DNA of 28,501 bases from an uncultured Myxococcales bacterium (GCA_964013405.1 CAXGWI010000030.1:1-28501); one strand, 5' to 3'. Counted from the stretch's first letter, positions 7,219-17,000 are shown. The notes: generated from the sequence alone by a model not told the origin. Numbers and translations: made by a program.

Positions 7219-9228
7219 ATGGATCAACAGGGGCGTTTGGAGTTGATCGAGGCGGAAGCGGACGAGGGCGCCACTCCTGTTGGCGACGGGTCCGAGACCA
7301 GTCCGGCCCCTGTAGATTCCACCGACGCCGACTTGGGCGAGCGCGCAAACGACAGCCAGCCACCGGTCGCCGCAAAGCCGGCCCAGAGCCCGCCGAAGCG
7401 TCGGGCAAGTGCTCGGAGCATGGGGGGAAAGCATCGAGCGATCTCGATCAGCGAGTTCTTTACCAAGAACCGCCACCTTCTGGGCTTTGACAATCCAGCG
7501 AAAGCGCTTCTGACCACCGTCAGAGAGGCCGTCGACAACGCCCTCGACGCTTGTGAAGAGGCGGGCATCCTGCCGGATCTCACCGTCGAGATCGACCCGG
7601 TCGAAGGTTACGATGATCGCTACACGGTCCTCGTTCGTGACAATGGTCCGGGTATTATCAAAGCCCAGATCGGCAAGGTCTTCGGCAAGCTCCTCTATGG
7701 CAGCAAGTTTCACCGCTTGAAGCAAAGTCGCGGTCAGCAGGGGATCGGTATCTCCGCGGCCGGGATGTACGGCCAAATCACGACTGGACGCCCGGTGACT
7801 GTGATCAGTCGAACCGGAAAGCGCAGGCCAACCCATCGCATCGTGTTGCAAATCGATACACGCCGAAACGAACCCAAATACCTTAGTGAGGAACAACTGG
7901 AGGATTGGGATTGGGATCACGGCACTGAAATTATCCTGACCATCGCCGCAACCTTCAAGGGCGGTCGGCACAGTGTGGATGAGTACATGCGCCAGACGGC
8001 CATGAGTAATCCCCATGCCCATATCATTTACCGGAACCCGCGGGGGGTGGATTTGGTCTACGAGCGCCAAGTTCACGAGTTGCCCAAAGAGCCGGAAGAG
8101 ATCCAGCCCCATCCCCACGGTATTGAGCTCGGCATGCTCATGCGCATGCTGCGGGAGACAAAGCGCCGCAATCTCACGGACTTTTTGAAAGAGGAATTCT
8201 GTCGGGTCAGTCAGCGCAATGCGGAAGAGATCATCACAGAAACCGCCAAACGGGTTCCCGATCGGCAGCGCAACCAGATGCTACGGCGCAACCCCAAAGC
8301 GATGGAGCGCCATGAGGTCGAGGCCCTGTTCCAAGTCCTGGGCGAAACCCGGTTGCATAGCCCCCCGACCAACTGTCTGAGCCCCATTGGACACGAAGAC
8401 ATTCGCACGGGGCTTTTCGCCCTCTTCGACCCCGGCGACTACGATCCCAGTGAGTTCTTTGTCACCGGTGAAACTCGGCGGCCGGCTGTCTATCGGGGCA
8501 ATCCCTTCCAGGTCGAGGTGGGCATCGTCTACGGCAAGGGGCTGGAAGGGGACACCAGCGCAGAGGTCTATCGCTTTGCGAACCGGGTGCCTCTGCAGTA
8601 CCAGGCCGGAGCCTGTGCGATCACGAAAGCCGTGCAGTCCCTCAACTGGCGCCAATACAACCTGACCCAGCCTCGAGGCAGCTTTCCCGTCGCCCCCATG
8701 GTGGTCAGTGTTCACATCTCCAGTGCTTGGGTGCCCTACACCTCCGAGTCCAAGGAGGCCATCGCTCACTACCCAGAAATCCTGAGTGAACTACGTCTGG
8801 CTTTGCAGGTTTGTGCTCGCCGTTTGCAGCGTCATATCCGGCGGCAGCGTAAGCAGCGGGATGCGGAAAAGCGAAAGCAGTACCTCGAAAAGTACCTCGA
8901 TCCCATCAGTGAAGCCCTGCAAGAAATCCTCGGCTTCGATGAACAAGAAAAAGCCCGGGTTTCGGTGCAACTCACCGAGCTCATCGACCCCCAGGAGGTC
9001 GAGGAGGAATCGGAGGAGGAACTCGAGGTCGACGAAAACGTGGGTCGGCCAAGAGGGCGCACAGAAGTGGTGGCGGACCCGATTCCGGAGACAACTCACC
9101 TGGCTGAGGATGGGACCCCGGTAGGGACCGAGGAGGCTGTAGCGGAAGCAGAGACCGTTCCCGAGGCAGTGAAGCAGGAAGCGCAGGCGACGCTGGGGCT
9201 CGACCTGCCCGAAGGAGGTGAGGACTGA
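7219..9228 (+). CDS. top6B: DNA topoisomerase VI subunit B
   Basis: ISISEFF.KN...LGF; GHKL motifs EAVDNALDA, DNGPG, GSKFH..QSRGQQGIGISA and GTEI; transducer motifs RFANRVPL and SESKEAIA. Low-complexity N-terminal extension and acidic C-terminal tail. Confidence 0.97.
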   Translation: MDQQGRLELIEAEADEGATPVGDGSETSPAPVDSTDADLGERANDSQPPVAAKPAQSPPKRRASARSMGGKHRAISISEFFTKNRHLLGFDNPAKALLTTVREAVDNALDACEEAGILPDLTVEIDPVEGYDDRYTVLVRDNGPGIIKAQIGKVFGKLLYGSKFHRLKQSRGQQGIGISAAGMYGQITTGRPVTVISRTGKRRPTHRIVLQIDTRRNEPKYLSEEQLEDWDWDHGTEIILTIAATFKGGRHSVDEYMRQTAMSNPHAHIIYRNPRGVDLVYERQVHELPKEPEEIQPHPHGIELGMLMRMLRETKRRNLTDFLKEEFCRVSQRNAEEIITETAKRVPDRQRNQMLRRNPKAMERHEVEALFQVLGETRLHSPPTNCLSPIGHEDIRTGLFALFDPGDYDPSEFFVTGETRRPAVYRGNPFQVEVGIVYGKGLEGDTSAEVYRFANRVPLQYQAGACAITKAVQSLNWRQYNLTQPRGSFPVAPMVVSVHISSAWVPYTSESKEAIAHYPEILSELRLALQVCARRLQRHIRRQRKQRDAEKRKQYLEKYLDPISEALQEILGFDEQEKARVSVQLTELIDPQEVEEESEEELEVDENVGRPRGRTEVVADPIPETTHLAEDGTPVGTEEAVAEAETVPEAVKQEAQATLGLDLPEGGED

Positions 9229-10358
9229 TGGCTCGCAAAAAGACAATCGATCCGGAAAAAGCCGACGAAATCACCATCGATACGCTGGCAAAGCTGGCGA
9301 GGGGGATTCATCAGTCCATCAGTCGGGGCCGGTACCCAGAGCTCATCAGCCCCGTGCGCTCTCTTCAGAACGTGAAGGAGTTTCGTAAGCGGGTTGGCTA
9401 CCTTGAGATCGGTGAGAAGATCAAAACTCGGACCCTGTCGGTCAACACGGTCAAAACTTTTGCCCAGACCTTAAAGATGATGAGTCTCTCCAAGGACCTG
9501 GTTGAGACCAACGACTTCGCAACGAAGAGGGATGCTTATTACCAGTCCAAGAACTGGGGGCCGGCGGCTTTCAAGGATCAGCCTGAGTCGGACACGGTGA
9601 TGGATGATATCGAGGCGATGGTGAGTCGTTATGGTTTGGGGCGCGAGCATCTTCGCTACATTCCGGACGAGCACGGTGGCAGTGTCGCCGGTGCCCTCAA
9701 GGTCCACGATAAGGACCTTGAGACCGGTGAGCCCGAGGTGATCGATTGTACTCGCTTTGGTAGCGGCGCTTACTCCATCCCCAGTTGGGTGGAGCACCTA
9801 GACTTTGAGACGGACGCTGACTTTGTCCTGTGCATCGAAACCGCTGGTATGTTTCAGCGGCTTCAGAGCCACAAGTTCTGGCGCAAATACAACTGCATTC
9901 TTGTCAGCCTCGGCGGTGTGCCGAGTCGAGCCTGCCGCCGGTTCGTTCGGCGTCTGAGTGAACAGGCGAAGATCCCCGTTTACGCCTTTGTCGATTGCGA
10001 CCCCTATGGTGTCGCCAATATCTATCGGTCCCTGAAGGTTGGTAGCGGGAATGCGGCCCATGTGAACCATCTCTTCTGCGTCCCCCAGGCCCGTTTCCTC
10101 GGCGTGACACCCAAGGACATCGTCGATTACAAACTGCCGACCCATCCGCTCAAGGATCGGGATATTAAGCGGGCCAATGATGCCCTAGCCAACGACCCCT
10201 TCTTCCAGGCCCATCCCAAGTGGCAAAATGAGATTCAGCGATTGCTCGATATGGGCGTTCGCGCTGAGCAGCAGGCTCTTGCTCGTTGGGGCTTGAACTA
10301 CGTCATCGACGAATACCTCCCGGCGAAGCTGAAAAAGACCGGTAGTTTTCTCCCCTAG
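9228..10358 (+). CDS. top6A: DNA topoisomerase VI subunit A (Spo11-like)
   Basis: Catalytic-Tyr motif TKRDAYY, FxDQPESD, Toprim Glu motif IETAGMF, DxD motif DCDPYG, and AEQQAL. Translationally coupled to top6B through a TGATG overlap at 9226-9230. Confidence 0.97.
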   Translation: MARKKTIDPEKADEITIDTLAKLARGIHQSISRGRYPELISPVRSLQNVKEFRKRVGYLEIGEKIKTRTLSVNTVKTFAQTLKMMSLSKDLVETNDFATKRDAYYQSKNWGPAAFKDQPESDTVMDDIEAMVSRYGLGREHLRYIPDEHGGSVAGALKVHDKDLETGEPEVIDCTRFGSGAYSIPSWVEHLDFETDADFVLCIETAGMFQRLQSHKFWRKYNCILVSLGGVPSRACRRFVRRLSEQAKIPVYAFVDCDPYGVANIYRSLKVGSGNAAHVNHLFCVPQARFLGVTPKDIVDYKLPTHPLKDRDIKRANDALANDPFFQAHPKWQNEIQRLLDMGVRAEQQALARWGLNYVIDEYLPAKLKKTGSFLP

Positions 10359-10441
10359 TTGCCGGTGATTCTCGGGCGCTTCGAGTCCATGAGATTCCAC
10401 CTGGCTGAGACCTCGCACTACATAGCCGGGGGGCCCCCCCT

Positions 10442-10469
10442 TTGCGGCCAAAGGTTGTTCGGGTAGACT
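10442..10469 (+). promoter_or_regulatory. Candidate sigma70-type promoter (TTGCGG-N16-TAGACT) for the tandem beta-helix lipoprotein genes
   Basis: Intergenic -35/-10-like hexamers about 40 nt upstream of ATG 10509. Confidence 0.35.
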
Positions 10470-10508
10470 GCCGCGGGTCATCCCTACGGGATGTAAAGGT
10501 GGAAGCTT

Positions 10509-13500
10509 ATGAAGAACCGACTCACAATCGCTCTAACCACAGTTCTGTTGGCAGCCTGTCCTTCCGATCCGGTCGACGACCCGCCACCGGTTATCGGTGG
10601 CGGTGGTGGTGGTGGTGCCGGGCCAGTCGAGCCTGTCGTGGAGCCTTGCCCGGAAGCCCAGGTGCGGGATCCCGTTGCGCAGACCTGTGTCGGCGCTCGG
10701 GGGGAAGGAGTGGTCCCGGCAGAGGGCTACTTCCGGACGGAGCATCCCTGGATCGCCCAGGCCCGTGGGAGCGCCGAATCAATTCGCTATCTCTTAGCCG
10801 ATGCGGCGGCCGGCGGTGACGGCCGGCTAGAAGCCCCGTTTCGAGATTGGGGTGCGGCCCTTGCTGGCTTGCAAGACGGTGATGATGTGACCTTTGTCAT
10901 CGGTCGAGGTGTCGTCGAGGGCGCGGCCTCCTTCAGCGGACTTGGGCGGGTCACCATCGTTGGTAACGCAGCCTCAGTCACCACGCTAAGCACCGAGGAT
11001 GAGCCTGTGATCGAAGCCGTCGGCACCGCTTGGTTGCGGGTATGGGGCGCCCGGCTCACTCGGACCGGCGAAGCCGTCGGTCCTGCTCTGCATCTCGAAG
11101 GTACAGGCCGAGTCCATCTTGCCCAGGTGCGTGTGGCAGCCACGGCCGGTGATGGTGTTCTTGCGACGGAGGCGGGCGCGGATGGCTTTATCCTCGGTTA
11201 CAGTACCTTTGAGAGCATCGCTGGGTCCGGGCTCAACGGTCAGGGCGCCCTGGGCTGGTGGACCGTCGATGAAACGGTGTTCCAAGGCCCCCTCGGTGCC
11301 GACGGGATCTCCCTCGTTGATTTCGGTGGTAGCCAGTTCCGAGTGTTTTCCTCTGAGTTTGCCGGCAACATTGGCGGTGACGGGATCTCATTGGTCGACT
11401 TCGGTGGTAGCCAGTTCCGGGTTTCTGAAAGCCGCTTCGCAGGGCCCATCGGTGGCGACGGCGTGTCTCTGGTGGACTTTGGCGGCAGCCAGTTCCGGGC
11501 GAGCGAGAATGTGTTCCAAGGGCCCCTTGGCGGAGATGGGATCTCCCTCGTCGACTTTGGCGGCAGCCAGTTCCGAAGCCATGACAATGTCTTTCAGGAG
11601 ATGGAGGGAAGTGCCCTTCACAGCGCCGGCGGTCAGGGGACGTTCTTGATGCAGAATGACCGAATGGAAGGCCCAATCGGTCGTGATGGTGTGACCATTA
11701 CCGGCTTCCAGGGTGAGGCGGTCACCATGAAGCAACTCCATCTCGGCGTCGTGAACCGCGTCGGGATTTCCGGCTCAGAATCGGCGGGCTGGTGGACGAT
11801 TGATGGGGCCAACCTTCAAGGCCCCATCGGCTTCGATGGAATCAGCCTTCGTGGGGTGGGTGAGGACAACGCTCGGGTCAAGATCTCCAGTGTCGAGGCT
11901 GAAGGCATCGGTCGAGTCGGTATGCGTTTGACCGAAGGTTTGGGCTGGTGGACCGTGGATGAAACCGTGTTTCGCGGCACGGGCGGAACCGGTGTGATGG
12001 CCCAGGGCTTTACGGCGAACAGCAGCCTTGAAATGAGCGGCGTAAGCGTGACTGGAGCCCATGGCGTAGGCATGGTCTTCGATGCCAATTCGGCAGCTAT
12101 CGAGGTGGCAGACGCGGAGATCTCTGAAACCGTCGGCCAAGAACAAGGTGGGGCCAACAGGCCCGGCCCCGTGCTTGGTTACGGTCTGCTGGTGATGGAC
12201 AGCGCCCACCTCGCTGTCTTGCGGAGTCAATTCATTCGCAATGCCGGCAGCGGTCTTCTCATCGACCTCCGGGGCTGGGGTGCCCGGCGTGATCGACCCG
12301 ACCTCAGTGGTGAAGCAACCATCCGCTTGGACACGGTCGAGATCGAAAAAGAGCCAGGCGCAGCCGAGAACCAACCGGAAGCGCAAGCGCAGAATGTTCC
12401 GGAGGGCGTGAGTATCGCCGGTATGGGCGATCGACCGCCGGGTCCTGAGGCACCGGCCCAAGACCTGCCGCAGCCGATGGAGGCAGAAGAAGCCGGTTGT
12501 GGCGATGGCGTCGTCGATGCGGCCATTGAGGAATGTGACGATGGCAATCAAGATGATGGCGATGGCTGCACCCGATTGTGCAAGGCCAATATTTGTGGCG
12601 ATGGCATCGTCAACCGGGGCGTTGAGGACTGTGACGATGGGAATGACATCAATCACGGCGATGGCTGTTCCAATGTCTGTGTCGCACCCGACCGAATCCC
12701 TTATGATGGGGGCGTCTTCAATATGGGGAATGTGGGCGTCGATGCCCGACCGTTCAACGTGACCGTGCAACCCTTCAGCCTCTCCCGGACGGAGGTCACT
12801 TGTGACGAATACAGTGACTATCTTCTTGAGACAGGAGCGGCTTTCGATGTGATGAAGGACGGTTCCGTCGAAGATAACCTTGAAGCAAACGTGCCTTCTT
12901 GGAATATGCTTTACGGTGGTGATTGGCAGGGCTCATGTGCGCTGCCGGACGGCTGGCCTCATGCGAGATACAGTGCCAACGCACCGGCTGAAGACGGGTA
13001 CATCGTACCGCTCGGGACACCGGCAGCAAGCCAAGAATTGGATTTGCCCGGGGCCGATACATTGCCGATGGACACGGGCGGCAATGGCGCCACTCGGCCT
13101 TTCGAGTATTATTACTTAGTGCGGCGATTCTATACGGGGCGAGTGGTTTCTGGGGCTTATCTCGATATCTACCATCCCAACGCCGCGATCGCTGTCTACG
13201 TGGGCGGTCAATTGGTCCACACCTCGGGTATGGCGAGCCCGGCCTGTGACAGTGCGCTGACTCAAGTCAGCCCAGAGGGGGCGACTCGGGTGCTGCTCAA
13301 ACAAGCTGACCTCAATAATTTGAATCACTACTATCGCTACCACCAATACGTCGCTGTGATGCTGAGGCCCCTGAATCAGGAGGTGGACGAGCTCGGTTTC
13401 GCCATGCGCTTTCGTGCCTGGGGTGCGAGCGTTGGTGAGAACCCCTTACCGTGGATGGATGGGGCCCATCACCGGTTGAGCGCTGCCGGCCAGGCGTTGT

Positions 13501-14048
13501 GTGGTGCGGGCGACTACCCCATGGCGCTGGACTGGGACAAAGCCCGGGAATTCTGTCGCTGGTATGGCGGCGACCTGCCCACTGCAGCCCAATGGGAGTA
13601 CGCTGCCCGTAATGAGGGCGAGCAGACCGCGTACCCGTGGGGTGACCGACCGACGATCGATCGGTCGCCAGCTGGGGACAGTCAAGCCTGTCAGTACGCC
13701 AACAGCAGTGGGCCGGGCGGGCGTAATGCCTGCGAGCACGTGGGCCTAAGGACGCCGGTTTGCGCCTATCCTCTTGGTCATACCGAGCAGGGAGCCTGCG
13801 ATATGATCGGCAATCTCGCCGAGTGGACCCTTGATGGTGAAGGGGCCATTGCTGCCCATGGTGAAGGTGGTGATCGGCCCCAGCGCACCCCCCATTTCTG
13901 GGACCCCGAGGCTACCTTTACGGTTCGGGGGGGATCGATGGTCAAGACCCGGTCTGCTCATACGGCGACCAGCGAGTTCCGTCGACGTGATGGCGACAAT
14001 GATGATGCCGCCTACGACGTGGGTTTCCGCTGTGCATGGCCCCGTTGA
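10509..14048 (+). CDS. Large lipoprotein (1179 aa): parallel beta-helix repeats + 2 Cys-rich repeats + FGE-sulfatase (SUMF1/CLec-fold) domain interrupted by a jelly-roll insert; paralogue A
   Basis: Lipobox LLAA|C and beta-helix cap motif GDGRLEAPF. Contains 4x DG[IV]SLVDFGGSQF and 2x CGDG/CDDGN. FGE motifs: FNMG, RTEVT, W..A..FC.W.GGDLPT.AQWEYAAR, YPWG, G.CDMIGNL.EW, RGGS, GFRC. Confidence 0.88.
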   Translation: MKNRLTIALTTVLLAACPSDPVDDPPPVIGGGGGGGAGPVEPVVEPCPEAQVRDPVAQTCVGARGEGVVPAEGYFRTEHPWIAQARGSAESIRYLLADAAAGGDGRLEAPFRDWGAALAGLQDGDDVTFVIGRGVVEGAASFSGLGRVTIVGNAASVTTLSTEDEPVIEAVGTAWLRVWGARLTRTGEAVGPALHLEGTGRVHLAQVRVAATAGDGVLATEAGADGFILGYSTFESIAGSGLNGQGALGWWTVDETVFQGPLGADGISLVDFGGSQFRVFSSEFAGNIGGDGISLVDFGGSQFRVSESRFAGPIGGDGVSLVDFGGSQFRASENVFQGPLGGDGISLVDFGGSQFRSHDNVFQEMEGSALHSAGGQGTFLMQNDRMEGPIGRDGVTITGFQGEAVTMKQLHLGVVNRVGISGSESAGWWTIDGANLQGPIGFDGISLRGVGEDNARVKISSVEAEGIGRVGMRLTEGLGWWTVDETVFRGTGGTGVMAQGFTANSSLEMSGVSVTGAHGVGMVFDANSAAIEVADAEISETVGQEQGGANRPGPVLGYGLLVMDSAHLAVLRSQFIRNAGSGLLIDLRGWGARRDRPDLSGEATIRLDTVEIEKEPGAAENQPEAQAQNVPEGVSIAGMGDRPPGPEAPAQDLPQPMEAEEAGCGDGVVDAAIEECDDGNQDDGDGCTRLCKANICGDGIVNRGVEDCDDGNDINHGDGCSNVCVAPDRIPYDGGVFNMGNVGVDARPFNVTVQPFSLSRTEVTCDEYSDYLLETGAAFDVMKDGSVEDNLEANVPSWNMLYGGDWQGSCALPDGWPHARYSANAPAEDGYIVPLGTPAASQELDLPGADTLPMDTGGNGATRPFEYYYLVRRFYTGRVVSGAYLDIYHPNAAIAVYVGGQLVHTSGMASPACDSALTQVSPEGATRVLLKQADLNNLNHYYRYHQYVAVMLRPLNQEVDELGFAMRFRAWGASVGENPLPWMDGAHHRLSAAGQALCGAGDYPMALDWDKAREFCRWYGGDLPTAAQWEYAARNEGEQTAYPWGDRPTIDRSPAGDSQACQYANSSGPGGRNACEHVGLRTPVCAYPLGHTEQGACDMIGNLAEWTLDGEGAIAAHGEGGDRPQRTPHFWDPEATFTVRGGSMVKTRSAHTATSEFRRRDGDNDDAAYDVGFRCAWPR
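11301..11576 (+). repeat. Four in-frame coding repeats (78-nt period) encoding DG[IV]SLVDFGGSQFR
   Basis: Units start at 11301, 11379, 11457 and 11535. Differences within the core are almost all synonymous. Confidence 0.95.
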
Positions 14049-14090
14049 TTCCGGCTTTACGGGCCGTTTGAACCCTAGGGAGTATTGGGG

Positions 14091-17000
14091 GTGATCATTC
14101 GAAGGATAGCTGTTCCGTGGGTCTGCATCCTGCTCATCGCAGGTTGCTCGGGCGAATCTGCGGACCTGGCCCTTGGGGGCGAGTCCGGTCGAGCTCCTGG
14201 TGAGTTACCTGGAGGCACCAATGGCATAGATGTTGGTGACCTGCCTGCGGACCCCTTTGATGAGCCCTGCGTCGAGCCTCTGGTGCATGATCCGATCGCT
14301 GGCTACTGCGTGCCCGCTCGCGGTGAAGGGCTCAGCCCCCAGGAGGGGCCTTTTCGAACCCGCCATCGGTGGTTGCAGGAAGCGCAGTCAGCGCAGGAGG
14401 TGATCCGATACGTCGTCCCCGGTCTTCCTCCGGGTGGGACGGGCGCGCCAGAATCACCTCTAGGTAGTTGGGCCGGAGCGACCGATAACCTTCCTGCCGG
14501 CGCTGATGTCACATTCCTTGTGGGCCGAGGGCGGGTCGACGGGACCCTCGAGCTCTCGGGACTGGGCCGCGTGTCAGTGATTGGAAACGCGGCTGCGGTC
14601 ACAGCCCTGCGAGCCGATAATGGGCCCGTTTTGGCTGCGGAGGAAGTGGGCGCGTTGCGACTCTGGGGCCTGGCGATTGAGCGAGTGGGGGATGATCCGG
14701 GGCCTGCGTTGGAGCTTGCGACGACGGAAGCATTTCTGGCGGGCCAGATTCGGCTCGTCTCCAGCAGTGGTGATGGCATCGAGTTCCGCGGGGGCGGTGA
14801 CGGTGGCCTTCAGATCAGCCACAGCCATTTCTTGGCGATCGCTGGCGATGGTCTGCGAGGGGTGGAAGCACTCGGCGGTTGGACCATCGATGAGACCGTC
14901 TTCCAGGGGCCTTTCGGTGGTGATGGGATCTCTTTGGTCGACTTCGGTGGTAGCCAGTTTCGCTTCTCAAACAGCGAGTTGAACAACATCGGTGGTGATG
15001 GGATTTCGTTTGTCGATTTCGGCGGCAGTCAGTTCCTCGTGGACAATGGCACGTTGAATTCAGTGTCTGGTGACGGCATCTCCTTGGTCGATTTCGGTGG
15101 CAGCCAGTTTCGGGTGATGAACAGTCAGTTCGAAGGCCCCATCGGCGGCGATGGGATTTCGTTGGTCGATTTCGGCGGCAGCCAATTTCGCAGTCATCAA
15201 AACCGTTTTGCCAGCATCGATGGCAGCGGGATCTCGAGCCGCGGCGGGTCCGGCACATTCACGATTGAGGAAAGCCAGATGGATGGCCCGATCGGTCGCG
15301 ATGGAATCACGATCGTCGGCTTCTCCGGTGCGCGGGCCCATATTGGATCGATCGAGATGAGAACCATTGGACGGGTCGGTATTTCAGTGCGGGATGCGCT
15401 GGGCTGGTGGACTGTCGATGGTGCCAATTTTCACGGCCCAATCGGCTTTGATGGCCTGCAGTTCATCGGGGTTGGAGAGACCGGCAAACGGGTGAAGCTC
15501 ACCAATCTTGGTGGTGATGGGGTCGGCCGTGTCGGGATGCGGTTACTCGATGGCCTGGGCTGGTGGACCGTAGACGGTGCGAACTTTCGCAACACCGGTC
15601 AAATGGCGGTTCAGATCTCGGGCTTCTCGCCAGAAGCGGCCTTCGACCTTCATCGGCTGTCTGTTGAGGGGGCGAGCGGAATCGGTGTCATGATCGACAG
15701 TACAGCGGCGTCGATCGAGTTGAGCGACAGTGACATCGACGAGACGGCAACCCGGCCCCAGGGGGGGGCTCAAGCACCGGGCCCGGCATTGGGCTACGGG
15801 CTTCTCGCCAAGGACGTGGGCCAACTGGCTGTGCGTCGCAGTCAATTTCGCGGCAATGGAGGCACAGCCATCGTTGTGGACTGTCGTGGTTGGGGCGCCC
15901 GGCGGCGGCGGGGCGATCTCCAGGGCAGTGTTCGCTTGGAACTGGACGATCTCGTGGTCGAAGACAGTGAGGGGACACCGGTGGGTGGCTCCGCGATGAG
16001 AACACAGAATATGCCCGCTGGAACCGAGGTCTGGGTCGACGGAACCCTTCGCCGGGAGCAGTACGAGGACGCGGCCCAAGAAGAGATGCCTGAGCTCGAG
16101 ATGGGGCTGCCGGGCTGTGGCGATGGTGTCGTCGACGAGATGATCGAGGAATGTGATGATGGTAACGACAGCGACAACGACGCTTGCACGGCGAACTGTT
16201 TTCTCAACGTCTGCGGTGATGGATTACATCACGTAGGCTTCGAGGAATGTGATGATGGCAATGAAGTGCATCACGGCGACGGTTGCAACAATGACTGTGA
16301 AGCGGGGGACCGGGTTGTTATTCCTGGCGGCTCTTTCGTCTATGGAACGATATCCAATGCCTTCAATGGGCTGCCGGAAACCCAGGTGGATGGCTTTTTC
16401 ATGAACCGCCATGAGGTGACCTGCGAAGAATTTGGTGCGTACTGGTCCGCCTCCGGTTCGACGCGTGTGGTGCTTTCAGACGGTAACAATGGAGCTGGCG
16501 ACCATTCTTGGTATTTGGATCCGCATGAGGGTGTGGTTCCGACGGGCTGGCCCTTTGCGACATTCGATGCTGCCAGTCCGCCGGAGGATGCCGCGTCGAT
16601 GCTTTCGACGCCTGCGCAAGAAGCAGTCTTCCCGCAGAATAACGTTGTGGCTGGCGAGGGTGAACGGTGGGAAAAATATTATCTTTTCCGTCGCTTTCGA
16701 CACAACCGGCGCATTAGTGGTGGTTTTATCGATGTCCACCACCCTGGGGCTGCTATCCGGGTGTATTTAGCGGGGCAATTGATTCACCAAGCCGGTTGGC
16801 CCGAGGCCGGCGATAACTCGCCTTTGGTCCCCGAATCGACCAATGGCATGAGCCGAATTTTACTGAAGGATGAAGCCATTGAGCACCACAATGACCATTG
16901 GGGTGCATGGAAGTACATCGCCATCGAACTGAGGCCCTTCCCTCCGGGCGACGGCCATGATCAACTCGCTTTTGCGCTGACTTATAAGGTTTGGAATCAG

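Noticed and set aside
7111..8118. 335-aa antisense ORF over top6B, and the many other 60-300-aa shadow ORFs across the window
   Set aside because: These are expected in high-GC coding DNA. They lie opposite or out of frame to well-supported genes and show no family motifs.
7145..10508. Topo VI operon as a mobile element or recent island
   Set aside because: No integrase, transposase, flanking direct repeats or visible compositional shift.
11301..11576. CRISPR-like pattern of ~40-nt repeats with ~36-nt unique spacers (also 14922-15191)
   Set aside because: The repeats are in frame inside long ORFs, vary at synonymous positions and have periods that are multiples of 3. No cas genes or leader are present, so these are protein repeats.
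12700..14048. Catalytic formylglycine-generating enzyme / sulfatase maturation locus
   Set aside because: The CxxxxC catalytic pair after RGGS is absent in both paralogues and no sulfatase is adjacent.
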